Shown in pieces: positions 14,391 to 26,700 of a DNA stretch of 64,000 bases; the first letter of the stretch is position 1, and each line of letters opens with the position of its first letter. Source of the DNA: Nageia nagi (taxonomy: Eukaryota; Plantae; Pinophyta). Both the position numbers and the translations under genes were made by a program. The notes beneath the pieces are model-generated. The model did no database searches. It saw nothing but the letters and a program-made list of their open reading frames with translations, and was not told the origin of the DNA. The DNA lies in contig JBITNC010000001.1 in assembly GCA_050084985.1 (NCBI GenBank), positions 167,772,001 through 167,836,000 of the forward strand, read 5' to 3'.

Positions 14391-15369
14391 GTAGATTATA
14401 TGTAACCTAGGATATACAACATAACATCATATTTATCCTAATGTAGTGAGGGTTATGTGACATTAGTTTGGCCCAAAAAGGATGCCAAGTTATGTGTCAA
14501 AAATACCACCTATCAACATCAAATATTTTGATATTATATGATCTCTTATCATCTATATTTCATAATTTTTTTCTAGTCTATGCTTATCATTACAGGGATA
14601 CAATGATCAACCTTCATTGATATGTCATTTACAAAAATTCTCTAGCATGGGAACTTGATATGCATCCTAGTGTTGGTGCTTGGTGAACAAATTCTTTTGA
14701 GCTAAAACTTTGCATGTGATATTTTTGTATCTTAATAAGTTTAGATATAATGATCAATTTACATTATAGATATAGATGATAGGTGTTCTATATCTTCTCT
14801 TATCTTAATAAGTTTATATGTGATATAATAATTGAGAATTTTTTATATTGTATATTTTTCTATCATAATTGATTATTGTAAATCAATTAATTATAGTTCT
14901 ATTAGAAATTATTAGTGAGAAATTCCTAAGGTTTGTTAGTAATTTATAGTATTTGATCATTAAATCAATTTTAAGAGTCTACAATTGAATCAATAAGAGC
15001 TTTATAAATTTTAAGTTACTTCCAATTTCTATCAAATATGTTTCTGGGGGTTTTCACACATTACATAGCCTCTAAACCAAGTGACTAAAGGTAATAATAA
15101 ATGTGTATTCCATTGGGAATATACTCAATAATGATCATTTTAGAAGTTGAAAATGCAATCATATTCAACATTTATTCTTTTCTCTATTATATATGTAATA
15201 ATGTTTCAAATTGATGATGAATTCATTCAAGTATTCTTTAAGTATTATCCTCACACATCATAGGCAATCTAGTTGTATAACATAGTGAAATATTCAATAA
15301 AGTTATTCAAAAATATCCCACTTATGATAAAAGCTTTATTCTATTTTCCATGCTTGTAAATAATGGAAA

Positions 15370-17060
15370 CATTATTTTTTGGGTAAGGAGACCATCATTC
15401 ATATATACTATAGGCCTCTAGAATTCAATTAAATCTAAAGTAAGTTAAGGAATTAGCAATATCAAAAGTGGTCTATTTAACTACAATAGTTTTATCTAAT
15501 CATTAAGCATAATAAAGGAAACACTAATTCAGTTATAAACTACTTGTGCCAAACATCATTTGTAACACTCACCATGATCCTTGACTTATATGACCATGAG
15601 ACTTCTAATTGGTCTACCATGTATGTGATCAATATAGACTTTGTTAACATATATCAAGCTCTTTGGGAAGGTAAGCATGTTCTTGGTTTCTACTTGTAAA
15701 ATGACCTCCTTTATCACATGGGAAAACATATACATTTCATCTAATGAGTAGCCAAAGATGATTCAGGAAGCATACTTCAACTAAGTTGTTGGATAATTTG
15801 GCACAGAGAATACATTGGCAGTTTTGTAGAGGTACTCCTACTAGTCAAAGATGTAAGCTAATTTGGAGTAATACATCAAGTCTTACAATTCTTGTATCAT
15901 TGCTAAACCAACTAATGATACACATCATTTTTGGTACCCATTATATCTTCAAAATATATCTCAATAGATCTCCTCCTATGCTTATCAATTTAGAAATATG
16001 GTAATGATTATATTTTTGTTATGGTTGATTTATTTTTTAAAATGGCCATCATGATTACTATAAGAAAACCATTACAATGGAAAAAATAATAAAGTTTTTT
16101 TTTAATCATATATGTCTTAACTTTGGTTCTCCCATGTCTATTATCTTATAAAGGAATAACATATTTATGAGAATTTTTTATTTCACCCTTTAGGAGATGA
16201 TAAATATAAAGCTCACCATGTATACAACCATCCATCCATAAATTGATGGACAAATTGAAGTTATGAACTAATTGATTGTTCATATGTACAACTTTAAGAA
16301 TCCATGCACATATGACAAGATCTTATCTTATATATAGTAAGGGTATAATCAAGCATTGTATAACTCTACAAAGCATAATACATTTCATGTCTACTTTATG
16401 TTTTAGCCTTTGGCACCCATAGATTAGGCACTTTTTATTGTAGTACATTAAGTATACATATGGATAGAAGGAAGTAAATAAAGTAAAAATATTTATAGAA
16501 TATATTCAACTTATTCAATAATAACTCCATGACATATTAGAAAAGATAAATGAACACTACAAGCAAAGGTTTGATCAACGTCGAGTTACACACTACTTTA
16601 ACATGGGGGATAAGGTTTGACTATGACTTTAGAAGTAAAGACACATAGGTTTGCATAAAAAAATTCAACCCTTAAATTATAAACCTTCACACCATCACCA
16701 AGAATGTAGGGGAAAATATTTTTGAGTTGAATCTTCTATATTACCTTAGTTTGCATCCCTTTTTCAATGTGAAGCTTTTTAAGTCTTACTATTTACCTTT
16801 GTTGGAAACTTTAGTACTTGTAAAGCAATTAGCTATTGACAAACTCAATATTGATAGCCTTGCACTGGTGGAGGAAGACTCTATAGTAAATACTTAGATA
16901 AAAACCACTTAACAATAATTTATTTCAATGTACAAAGTGGTATGGGTAGGAAAACTTGGTCACTAAGGGGAATGACTCATGAAGACTTCGATTAAGAAGT
17001 TATTTTTGTACTTGTTACCAAATCCATATATAATGGGAACTATTTATTCTTAAGGGGGGG
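15370..17060 (+). mobile_element. Highly decayed Ty3/gypsy RNase H-integrase region with PPT
   Basis: GKETIIH..RPL (RNase H end), YTTIHP*IDGQIEVMN (integrase HPQTDGQTE), HPFFNVKLFK (HPVFxV motif). PPT AAGGGGGGG then TG at ~17061. Confidence 0.78.
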
Positions 17061-18435
17061 TGATTGATTCAGGAAGATCTTTTTGGGAATGAGATTTCAA
17101 CTTGAAGAGAGCATTTTAGGCTCATCTCCTTAACTTTGACTTAGTTATGTTCCCCTTAGATTTATTTTTTGGTGCATTTTATTTTGATATGGTCATCAAT
17201 TTTTTTACTTCCTTTCTGCACAAATAGTTGATCTAAAATATTTTTGAATTCACCTTAGCCTATCAAACTAGAAGCTCTTATCTAGTATAAGTTTTTACAT
17301 GGTTTTTACATTGCAAAAATTTCCTCCATATATGCCAACATCCCTAGATGTCAAAAGTTGAAGCGTTTAAAATGGTTCAATTGTTGAAGTTTAACCATCA
17401 CTTTGATGTATACAATTTCGATATGCACACAACTTTGTTACCAAATCTTAAAGGATAGAGCTTGAAGAGAAGAAATAATAGCACAACCCATACATCACTT
17501 CTCAAATATTGCTTATATTGTATTTCACTTTGTTTTAACACCTCTTCTTAAAGGTTCCAACATTTTGGTCTCCTATTTGCATTTTGTGCTCTTATTAAAA
17601 ATGATTTTCTTTTATTCTTTTGAATAACTATCCGACTCTCTCTCTTCTTTAATTTCAACACTTTGTTTGCTTGATGTGTTGTATTATTTCTACTACTTCT
17701 ACTATTATTTTCAAATTATAGTAAACAAACTTAGTACACCTAGAACACATAGTCATAAGGTCAAGCATTGTTAACCATCCATGTATAGTCATTTTTTGTT
17801 ATTTTAAAATTTTAATAAAATTATTCGTAAGGATGAATATGCATTTGACCTTTCTATCAAGAAAATTCATTTTGTAGAAATAAATTGAGTAGATCATATT
17901 AATTTTGCTAACTCAAATTATACTTATTTTTTTGTGAATTTTAAAACAAGAATTATAGACCTAACAAAAATGACAATGAAGTAGCAAATGAACATACCTC
18001 ATATAGAAATAAAGATCACAAAATAAGAAGAAAAAAGATAAAATCTTAATACTTAGTAAAATTTTATATTGATTTCAAATCGATACATATAATCTCGATA
18101 TATACAATACCATAAACAAAGACAAAAAAAACTTACAATATAATATCTTACATTCTGCATATGATCCTTCAGTTTTTTCATTGAATTCTTATGATTTTTT
18201 TCTTTAACTTCCACCTATCTCTTGATTTACTTAAAAGCTCACTCTTGATTCTGATGATCCTTCAGTTTTTAAATATTGTAATACAATTTACTAATATCTC
18301 GCTATAATTTATACATAAATCAAAATCTAATTTTACGGCTTCATATCCATAAATAATCATCATGAATTTCATAATTTAACATGTATTTATATGAACTCGT
18401 AACCGCAAGGTAGATGTTTGAGAGGGGTGGCAACA

Positions 18436-20886
18436 ATGCCATCCGTTGGTGATCTGAGCGCTTTATGCCAACATGGTCGACTGAGGGAGGCTTCAAACCT
18501 TCTGCTTCTGCGTATAACCCATAGCTCTAACCTTACTGCTGAGACTAGTGTAGACTCTCGTACATATCTTGATCTGTTGCAGACCTCCATCGCCCACAAA
18601 GCCATTTCAGAAGGCAAGCAAGTACACTCTCATCTCATCCAAAGAGGAATAACAAACATCTTTTTGCAAAATGCTCTTATAGATATGTATGAGAAGTGCG
18701 GAAATTTAGTGGGTGCTTGCAATGTATTCAATCGTATGATCGAAAGAGATGTGTTCTCATGGAATAAGATGATTTCGGCTTGCAGAAGTCATGGGCTTCA
18801 TCAACTCGCATTATCACAGTTTCGCAAAATGCAAGAAACTGGTATGCAACCTAATGAGTTCACATTCTCTACTATTCTTCCTGTATGTGCCAACTTGGGA
18901 TCTGTGTATCATGGTTTGCAGATTCATGGAAAAATGATTAGAGTTGGGTTTCATTCTACTCTTATTGCAACGAATTCACTTATAGACATGTATGCAAAAT
19001 GTGGAAATATAGATAGTTCACTCAAAGTGTTTGATGAAATGCCTCACCGAGATGTGGTCTCATGGAATGTGATTGTTGCTGGGCATGCTCAGAATGGGCG
19101 CGTTGTAGAGGCCTTGGAGATTTTTAAGCAGATGGAGTTGGCGGGTATTAAGCCAAGCAGAGCAACTTTTGCTAGCATTCTGCCTTGGTGTGCAAAAATG
19201 GGTGCTTTGGAAGAGGGTATGAGGATTCATGAAAAAGTAAACGAGAGTGAATTTTTGTCAGATGTTGTAGTTATGACTGCCCTGATAGATATGTATGGGA
19301 AGTGCGGGAGGGTAGAGAAGGCAAGGGGATTGTTTGAGAAAATGCCTCAGCGAAATATTATCTCATGGAATGCCATGCTTGCAGGGTATGCACAAAATGG
19401 GCTCGTTAAGGAAGCATTAGAGTTTTTAAAGCAGATGAAACTAGCAGGTGTAAGGCCAAATTCAATAACCTTTGCAAGTATCCTTGCAGCATGTGCCAAA
19501 CTAGAAGCTTTGCAACAGGGTAAGGAGATCCATCTGCAAGTGATTAGAAGTGGATTTTCTTTTGACGAGGTTGTGTTGACTACACTCATAGATATGTATG
19601 CAAAATGTGGATGCATAAAGGAGGCGCACAATTTGTTTGAAAAAATACCTCGACCAAATGTGGTCTCATGGACTGCACTTATTGTTGGATATGCGCAAAA
19701 TGGTATTGTAGATAAAACCTTGGAGATTTTTAAGCAAATGCAATTAGCAGGTGTGAAGCCAGACTCATCGGCCTTTGCTTCCATCCTCCCATCTTATGCC
19801 AGATTTGGAGCTTTAGAGCAGGGTATGGAGATCCATCAAAAGATAATCAAAACTGGATATATGTCAGATGTTGTAGTTGTTAATGCTTTGGTAGACATGT
19901 ATGCAAAGTGTGGAAGCATAGAAAAGGCATGTCAATTGTTCAATGATATGCATATTCGAGACGAAACCTCATTTACTACAATGATTTCAGGTTATGCAAT
20001 GCATGGCTATAGCAAGGATGCTTTGAAACTCTTTGAACTTATGAAACTCTCTGGAATCAGCCCTGGTCATGTGAGTTTCCTTTGTATTTTATTTGCATGC
20101 AGCCATGCAGGTTCAGTAGATGATGGTTGTAAATACTTCAATTGCATGATTGACTCTTATTGCATCACACCTATGATTGATCATTATGTATGCATGGTTG
20201 ACCTTCTTGGCCGTGCTGGCTATCTTGAGGAAGCCCTACACTTTATCATCAAAATGCCCATAAAATTGGATGTGGTTGTGTGGAAGTGTTTGCTTGGGGC
20301 TTGTAGATCACATAAGAATGCAAGGCTAGGAGAATTTGTGGCAAGACTCCTTTTTGAGTTGGATCCTAAAAACTCTGCACCTTATATTCTTCTGTCGAAC
20401 ATTTATGCAGAAACAGGCAAGTGGGTTGAAGTTCAAAAGGTAAGGAAACTGATAAAAGACAAAGGTATTAAAAAAACACCTGGATGTAGTTGGATTGAAG
20501 TGCATAAAACCGTACATGCTTTTCATGCTGGAGATAGATCACACCCACAAACGCAGGAGATCTTTACAATGTTGGAGAAATTATCTCGGGAGATGAAGGC
20601 AGCTGGATATACTCCGGACACTAGATCTGTTCTGAATGATCTAGAACAGGAGGAGAAGGAATTACTCCTCTGTCACCACAGTGAGAGGTTGGCAACTGCA
20701 TTTGGGTTGTTAAACACCTCAGCTGGGACAACTATTAGAGTGGTTAAGAACCTTCGAGTATGTGGTGATTGCCACACAGCAACAAAGTTTATCTCTAAGA
20801 TTGTTGCGAGAGAAATTGTTGTGAGAGATGCCAACAGATTCCATCATTTCAAAGATGGACAGTGTTCTTGTGGAGATTATTGGTGA
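18436..20886 (+). CDS. PLS-class pentatricopeptide repeat protein with E1-E2-DYW deaminase domain (organellar C-to-U RNA editing factor)
   Basis: Uninterrupted ORF; the first in-frame ATG is 18436 (the track start 18418 is TTG), giving 816 aa. It has 17 L/S/P motifs ending P2-L2-S2, then E1, E2, PG box TPGCSWIE, zinc-binding HSERLA and CGDCH, and terminal DYW. Confidence 0.97.
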   Translation: MPSVGDLSALCQHGRLREASNLLLLRITHSSNLTAETSVDSRTYLDLLQTSIAHKAISEGKQVHSHLIQRGITNIFLQNALIDMYEKCGNLVGACNVFNRMIERDVFSWNKMISACRSHGLHQLALSQFRKMQETGMQPNEFTFSTILPVCANLGSVYHGLQIHGKMIRVGFHSTLIATNSLIDMYAKCGNIDSSLKVFDEMPHRDVVSWNVIVAGHAQNGRVVEALEIFKQMELAGIKPSRATFASILPWCAKMGALEEGMRIHEKVNESEFLSDVVVMTALIDMYGKCGRVEKARGLFEKMPQRNIISWNAMLAGYAQNGLVKEALEFLKQMKLAGVRPNSITFASILAACAKLEALQQGKEIHLQVIRSGFSFDEVVLTTLIDMYAKCGCIKEAHNLFEKIPRPNVVSWTALIVGYAQNGIVDKTLEIFKQMQLAGVKPDSSAFASILPSYARFGALEQGMEIHQKIIKTGYMSDVVVVNALVDMYAKCGSIEKACQLFNDMHIRDETSFTTMISGYAMHGYSKDALKLFELMKLSGISPGHVSFLCILFACSHAGSVDDGCKYFNCMIDSYCITPMIDHYVCMVDLLGRAGYLEEALHFIIKMPIKLDVVVWKCLLGACRSHKNARLGEFVARLLFELDPKNSAPYILLSNIYAETGKWVEVQKVRKLIKDKGIKKTPGCSWIEVHKTVHAFHAGDRSHPQTQEIFTMLEKLSREMKAAGYTPDTRSVLNDLEQEEKELLLCHHSERLATAFGLLNTSAGTTIRVVKNLRVCGDCHTATKFISKIVAREIVVRDANRFHHFKDGQCSCGDYW

Positions 20887-21086
20887 TGAGAAATGAAACA
20901 AGCTACCTCTATTGCAAGGTCATGATGTTAAACTTGTAGTGGGAAGAAGGAATTGGGTTCTAATTTCACTTTTTGAAAACAATTTCATTTTTGAGTGTTT
21001 TAATTGCTAGATCGTGCATTTGACTTGATAAAACAATATCGGCAGGTTATTTGTTGAAGTGTTGGTTTACACTATCATGAAAGGAT

Positions 21087-21886
21087 TAATGGTGTTCAAG
21101 TATGTGGCAGGAAAAGCAGCAGCCAATGGTCCGGAAAGAGGTTGCATAAAGATTACGAAGAACAGTTTGATGCATGGTACTCCAAGGAAAGGAAGGTTCA
21201 GAAGATGAGGAAAAAGTGGTAGGGGAAGAGGATCCAGAATATCTCCTCTCTGAAGAGGAGATGGAAACACAAATGAATTTTAAGAAATCCCCTTCTTCAA
21301 AATAAAAAGGATATTTCAAAAGGAAAGCTGATGATTTGCCAACTAAAGAGGAGAAAATTCAGGAAGTTAAAAAATCATTTGCTCCAGCCATCCAATATAG
21401 AAGGTCCAAAAGATTGAATAAAGATTTAGTTAAAGAGAGAAGCCCAAAGATAAGAAGACTCAGTAACTTTTTGACATAGAGAACGAAAAGGAAAATAGAG
21501 AATCAGGGGATGGCTTAGTAGAGCTTACTTTTCCAGAGACTTGGTCTGAGGATTCGCTGGTGGAGGACAACACCGGCAATGAAGATGTTCAGGAAGAAAT
21601 GTCTTCTCAGTCTGAGAAAGTGAAGGAGGAGCGTGATTATGAGAACAATTCTGATGGCTTCAATGACATGGAAGATAACCGTCCTGATATAGTTATCCTT
21701 CCTGCTGGCCTAAGAAACCTTGTTCTCCTTGAAGACATGATGAGCCCATTGCAAAGGACTTGTAAGTCTCTTACAGCACTGGTGGATGAAATGGAGATCT
21801 ATATAAGGGACATAAAAACGAGGCATAATGCACTGGGAGCAAAGGATGCGATGACAGCAGCGGAAGCCTCGGCAGGAATGAAATGA
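21087..21886 (+). other. Degenerate acidic/charged ORF remnant, probably TE-derived or a gene fragment
   Basis: E/K-rich reading with stops from ~21087, ending in ORF 21560-21886 (GTG start, helical C-terminus). No recognisable domain. Confidence 0.3.
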
Positions 21887-22300
21887 AGAATCAATATGGG
21901 GACTCATATATTCTTTCTTTTAGTTTGTGAATGTCTTTGAAACTTAAAAATGTTCTTGTTGAGAATTTCAGTTTTAAAAAAATATTCCTGAAAACAAAGC
22001 TGTGGATTAAAATTGTTATGTCCTCCAGAAGGTAAAATACCTAAACAACCCTCCATAGATGTTTTCATTTTTTACAAATATTTGATGGCTCCAAAGAGAA
22101 CTCAGCAGTGAGATGCTTCTTCTGAGGAGTCTGTAAACATGGGCACTCTGCAACAGAACCTACGAAGTCAGTTGAGAGCCAAAACATCTGATCATGGCAT
22201 TTTAAACTTTGATCCAACCAGATCAAGGTCAAATGCATGTTGCTCTAAACCTTTGCTTGCAATTGGAAAAAAGAGTTTCTATACCAAGTTGGATGACAAC

Positions 22301-22930
22301 TGTTGTGTATATATAGATTCAAGCAAAATATATATGCGGAATAAAACTTGCATAAGTAAAACAAATAACCAAGAACAATCACACAAGAGATTACCACAGC
22401 ATGTAACGAGGTTCACCCAGTGTGGGCTACATCCCTGGAGAAACAACCAATCGGATCTTTATCACAGTACAAAAAACAAAGGGATTACAATCCGCATCAA
22501 CCCTAATGTACTATCTCCTCAGTATCTAACAAGCTCTCAATCAAGCTCCCATTTGCTAAAATCCTAGCACAACTCTAATACGATGATATTTCCTTCACAC
22601 AAAATCCTCTTGTATAATAGAGAATACAATATGTGATCTAAATATTAACAGTTCAAATTCACCACTAAAAATAGCCTTTCCAAAAAATAGGTTTTTACAA
22701 GAATAGCGCTATTTCTAAAAACGATTAAAAATAGACCCAAAAATTTCGCTCAGCCTTCGGCCTGTTAGTGGGGGGCTGCCATCACCCTAAAAGCCCCTTG
22801 CTGCACCTGGCGCAAGCAAATCTACGTTGCGGATCAAGACTCACATGCGAATAAGGGATCGTAGGGGCGCTCTTCCTGTACATGGCTGCACACATGCATT
22901 TCCTAGGATAACAGGCTCCACAATCCAACA
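22301..22930 (-). mobile_element. Solo LTR (630 bp), copia-like
   Basis: Termini TGTTG...CAACA with exact 5 bp TSD ACAAC (22296-22300 and 22931-22935). The GAGGTTCA..CTACATCC motif resembles the copia LTR at 59409, which is the basis for the orientation. Confidence 0.9.
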
Positions 22931-24140
22931 ACAACTTCTTGCTAAGAAGCTACTCTTGGATTTGTAGCATTGAGGCATATTTCAAGACCTTCCCAGAGAT
23001 GACAGATATTCAAAAGCTTCTGATGGAAGAGGCCCACATGTCTTTCTTAGCCCTTGAATGGTGGCAGAATCATCAATGCATTTTTGGAACAATGGACTAA
23101 TATATCACTCATGGGATGATTTTAAAAACCCTAAAGTCAAGATATTTATCCCTTGGCTACCTGTAAAAGCTGTAGGCTTGATGGTTGTAGCTCAAACAAG
23201 TTCAAGGTCATTCAGTCCAACAATATATTGATATCTTCAGCAAGCTCCAAGTTAAGCTAACTGTTTCAAAGGATGGAGAGGAACTAATTGTTAAGTTTAT
23301 ATCTGGTCTACTTCCAATGCTTCATAAGGAATTTACTATGTTTGAAGCAAATTCTTTGGATACAGTATTTAATCTGGCAGTGGCTAACAAAATTAAGCTA
23401 AGCCTTAAAAAGGGCATTTTGCAAGGTCTATTGAAGGCTTCCACAAACCCTAATGGACAGTGAACAAGCTCCCACATCTTTCAATAGTATGAAAAAAAAA
23501 TTTGCACTTATCACTAGCGTTAGGGCCATTCTATTGAGTGGTATAAATTTCTCAAGGTAAGAAGGATTCCAAAATCCTTTTTACATAAGAGCAAACTGAG
23601 ATAGCAGAAGAAGATGATGATCATGCAATGGTTGAGGTTGATAATCCTATTATGCTTGATCCTGCCCTTGTCTTAATCACTAAGAACTGTTGTAAGGCAC
23701 TTAGGGAGTTTCTATAGAAACAAAGTTGTTAGATGAAAAAATGATTGCATTGCTAATGGTAGTGAGAACTTGGTTTCTTATAAGTTGGTTGCAGTACTCC
23801 AACTTCCTACACTTGATCATCCCCAACCATATATCTTGGTTATGTAGTAACATAACGGACCTCATAAATTGGTTCACAAGACATGTGCAGCTACCTTCAC
23901 TATTTATCCCTTTCAAGATACAGTTGAATGCAACATAACATCCTAAATCTTTTTGGTTAAGTTTCTAACGTCCATTCTTGTAAGTTTCTTACGCAGACCA
24001 TGATGAACGTTTCAAACCAACAAGCTTCAGAAAGAGGGTAAGGATCTAGAAACTCACATCCTGCTTCAACTTCAGAGCCACATGTTATTTTTGGCTAGAC
24101 TCTGAAGCAAGAGAATATAAGAAAGTATTTGTTATCTGTG

Positions 24141-24250
24141 TTATTTGCCATGCAACGGAGGATAATAAAAACAAGCTTCCACCTACTAATATGTATTATT
24201 TGCCATGCAACGGAGGATAATAAAAACAAGCTTCCACCTACTAATATGTA
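24141..24250 (+). repeat. Perfect 55 bp tandem duplication
   Basis: TTATTTGCCATGCAACGGAGGATAATAAAAACAAGCTTCCACCTACTAATATGTA at 24141 and 24196. Confidence 0.97.
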
Positions 24251-26079
24251 TACTCTCATAGATGTCAATGTTGATTTCTTTGAGGAACTAAATGGATTGC
24301 CATCTTTCAAAGCTATCAATCGTTCCATCTATTTGGTTCTAGGATCCTCACTACCAAACTTTGAGAATGTTGCCTCTCACCAATAGAGCGTTGAAATTGA
24401 GTAACAAATAAACTTATTAAAGATAGATGGCTTTATAAGTTGAATCAGTTTTTGCATTTCTTACAACAACCCTTTATTATCAATCAAAAACCTGTTTTAG
24501 ACTAGATAATTTGAGATGGTTAGTTATATAAGTTGAATCAGTTATGCATCCCTACAGCTCCTGCATAGTTAATGGTCATCAAAGGGTCACATTCTTCTTT
24601 TTATGGTCGGCATTTTGGCACCACTAGGACTTTGGATGGAAAGTGATATCTTATTTCTATTAAAATCTTATATTCTAATTTTGAAAAAATGAGGCAAATG
24701 GGTATTCATGTTTCTATCCTTGACACAAAACTGATAATATTTATTTCGATCCTGGTTGACTACTAAGTTGCATTTTTGTTGTCTTATATTTTCAAACATG
24801 GAAGTCAGTGTAATGTAAAAAGATCTGTTATGGTGTATGTCAGAATGGATCTGTGTAGTTGTAACATTTCCACAATTATTTCTAATTTCTTGGTTGTCAT
24901 GTCCTTTTGTATTTGGGTTTGATAGGATTGGTCCTTTTAAGGAGTGGTCCCTTATCAGATATCGTTTCAGGGGATCAGGTACCATACATGTCAGCAATAC
25001 TCTTATGGGCTCTGTTGTTTCTGTACAGGAGCAGCTCTAAACTAGACTATCTCGAAATTAGCATGCACATTTCGTGCCTGGTTGACAGGTCAATTTATAA
25101 TTGAAATTTGCAAACTGTAGTCTATATTGCTGATTGTTTTGAAATTTTGAATGATAAAGGGTTGTGTTGAGGAAACTTAGAAAGAATAAACATAATAATG
25201 ATGGAGTTGGAACATTCAAATTCAAATGCGAGTATCCAAAAGTATTATTTTTGCTGTTGTATCAAGGGTATCATTGGGGACAATAAGTAGCTTGTAATGA
25301 GTAATAACTTTCAAAACTGTTATGTAACTTCTTGCTACAGAAATAACTATTTAGTTAAAGTGGAGAAGGCCCTTCAATTACATAAGGGATATTATTCATC
25401 TTTTCAAAGTAGTACCTCATATAGGATCAAACCTTTAAGTTGAATATGAAAATATGGATAAAGTATAGTTTCCTTTTATAGTATACGGACATGTGAGAAG
25501 CTCAGATGTGGAACAGTTAGCTCTATCTGTAACACTTGCTTCTCATTCTGGAAAACAGAAGAATTATATTGCCCTTTCAAGGAAATGTTGTTCAGAAGAT
25601 TTGAGACTTGAGAACTGCAAAAACTTTCTGAGACTGCTTATCAAACCCTGAATTTTTTGTGCTTCATAGTCCAACTTTGTCATGCAGAAGTCATTATTGT
25701 GACCTTCTTATGGTCTGAGAATTACTCTTGCTTCCATTGTGTATCCTTTCTCTTATATTCTGACTCAATATACTTTGGGGATTACTGGCTTTCCCTTCTT
25801 GCTTTTGTTGGCCTCTTCCTTTCACAATCTGACCTCTTCCTCTTTATGACTTTCCTATCCCTTTTGAGCTACTTTGATGCTTCCTTACTAACTTCTCTTT
25901 GCCTTTCTTTGCCTTTCAAGGCGAAACAGTAAGCCGCCTCCGCCGATCTCAATCTCATTAACCCAATATCATCTTGAATTGACAAACAAAATCCATTCAC
26001 ATACATTGCCACTTTCTCCTTGCTATTTTCCAAATAGTGAGTTTGTAGAACACCTCTATATATTATTTTACACTCTTCT

Positions 26080-26700
26080 TTTAATTCAAATTCTGCAAGT
26101 TCTTGAACAACCTCAATTTGTAATCTCCCAGAAAGAATCTGTCCTTCAACTTGCCAATCATTCTATCCCAGGTTTTAATTTTCTCCTTCCCTTTTCCTTG
26201 TCTCTTTGTTTGAACATGATCCCACCATAAAGATGCATGTCTCTTTAGTCTAGTACAAGAAAACTTTACTCTTTTTGGGTTTGTTATTGATTCAAATTCA
26301 AAGTGCTTTTCCATCTTATGATCCAATCAAAAAGTTATTTAGGGTTCAAACTTCCATCGTACCATAGAGTATGCAACTTGAGTGTCTTTCCTACTCTCAT
26401 GATAGACTTGGTGAAACTCCTCTATGGTCCATCCAAATGATCTTCATCATTAGAATCTCTATTGTCCATCCAATCGATCTTCATCATTAGAATCTCTATG
26501 GTCCATCTAACTAATCTTCATCATTAGAATATTTGATAGATTCTCAATTCTCATTATCGCTTACATCTTCAATATGAACTTCTCTCTTTTGTGTTATTTT
26601 AGTGGCCTCTTCAACATCTCAACAATCTCAAATTGGTTTAGTATTTGTTGGTCTTCTTTTTGGTGGCATGTCTCTAAGATATTTTGAATCTAATACCACT
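26080..26700 (-). mobile_element. Ty3/gypsy 5' region: tRNA-iMet-type PBS and gag remnant
   Basis: PBS-like TGGTATTAGA at ~26698-26689 and start MPPKRRPTN at ~26669. ORF 26081-26326 reads RLKRHASLWWD..KTWDRM..KLKDRF..LQNL (retrotransposon gag). Confidence 0.85.
26420..26530 (+). repeat. 37 bp tandem repeat x3 inside gag
   Basis: CTCTATGGTCCATCCAA..GATCTTCATCATTAGAAT starts at 26420, 26457 and 26494. Confidence 0.92.

Larger units (their letters stand above)
22100..24420 (+). mobile_element. Decayed Ty3/gypsy gag-protease-RT start, split by a solo LTR
   Basis: ALEWWQ..SWDDFK..LKQVQGHSVQQYIDIF..KFISGL (retrotransposon gag), CTYH..GH knuckle, NLVS..DHPQPY (gypsy protease) and FFEELNGLPS..IYLVLGSSLPN (pre-RT). 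Confidence 0.82.

Noticed and set aside
14401-15065. TGTAA...TTACA segment as a solo LTR
   Set aside because: The flanks (TTATA vs TAGCC) give no target-site duplication, so the boundaries are unsupported.
20470-20886. DYW domain as a U-to-C (KP-type) or inactive variant
   Set aside because: It has the canonical PG box, HSE, CxxC and terminal DYW of C-to-U editors.
18387-20901. Antisense ORFs 18387-18617, 19347-19784, 20326-20526 and 20719-20901
   Set aside because: Shadow frames of the PPR coding sequence.
22139-22567. 142 aa ORF as a gene
   Set aside because: It crosses the gag remnant/solo LTR junction at 22301, so it is a chance fusion frame.
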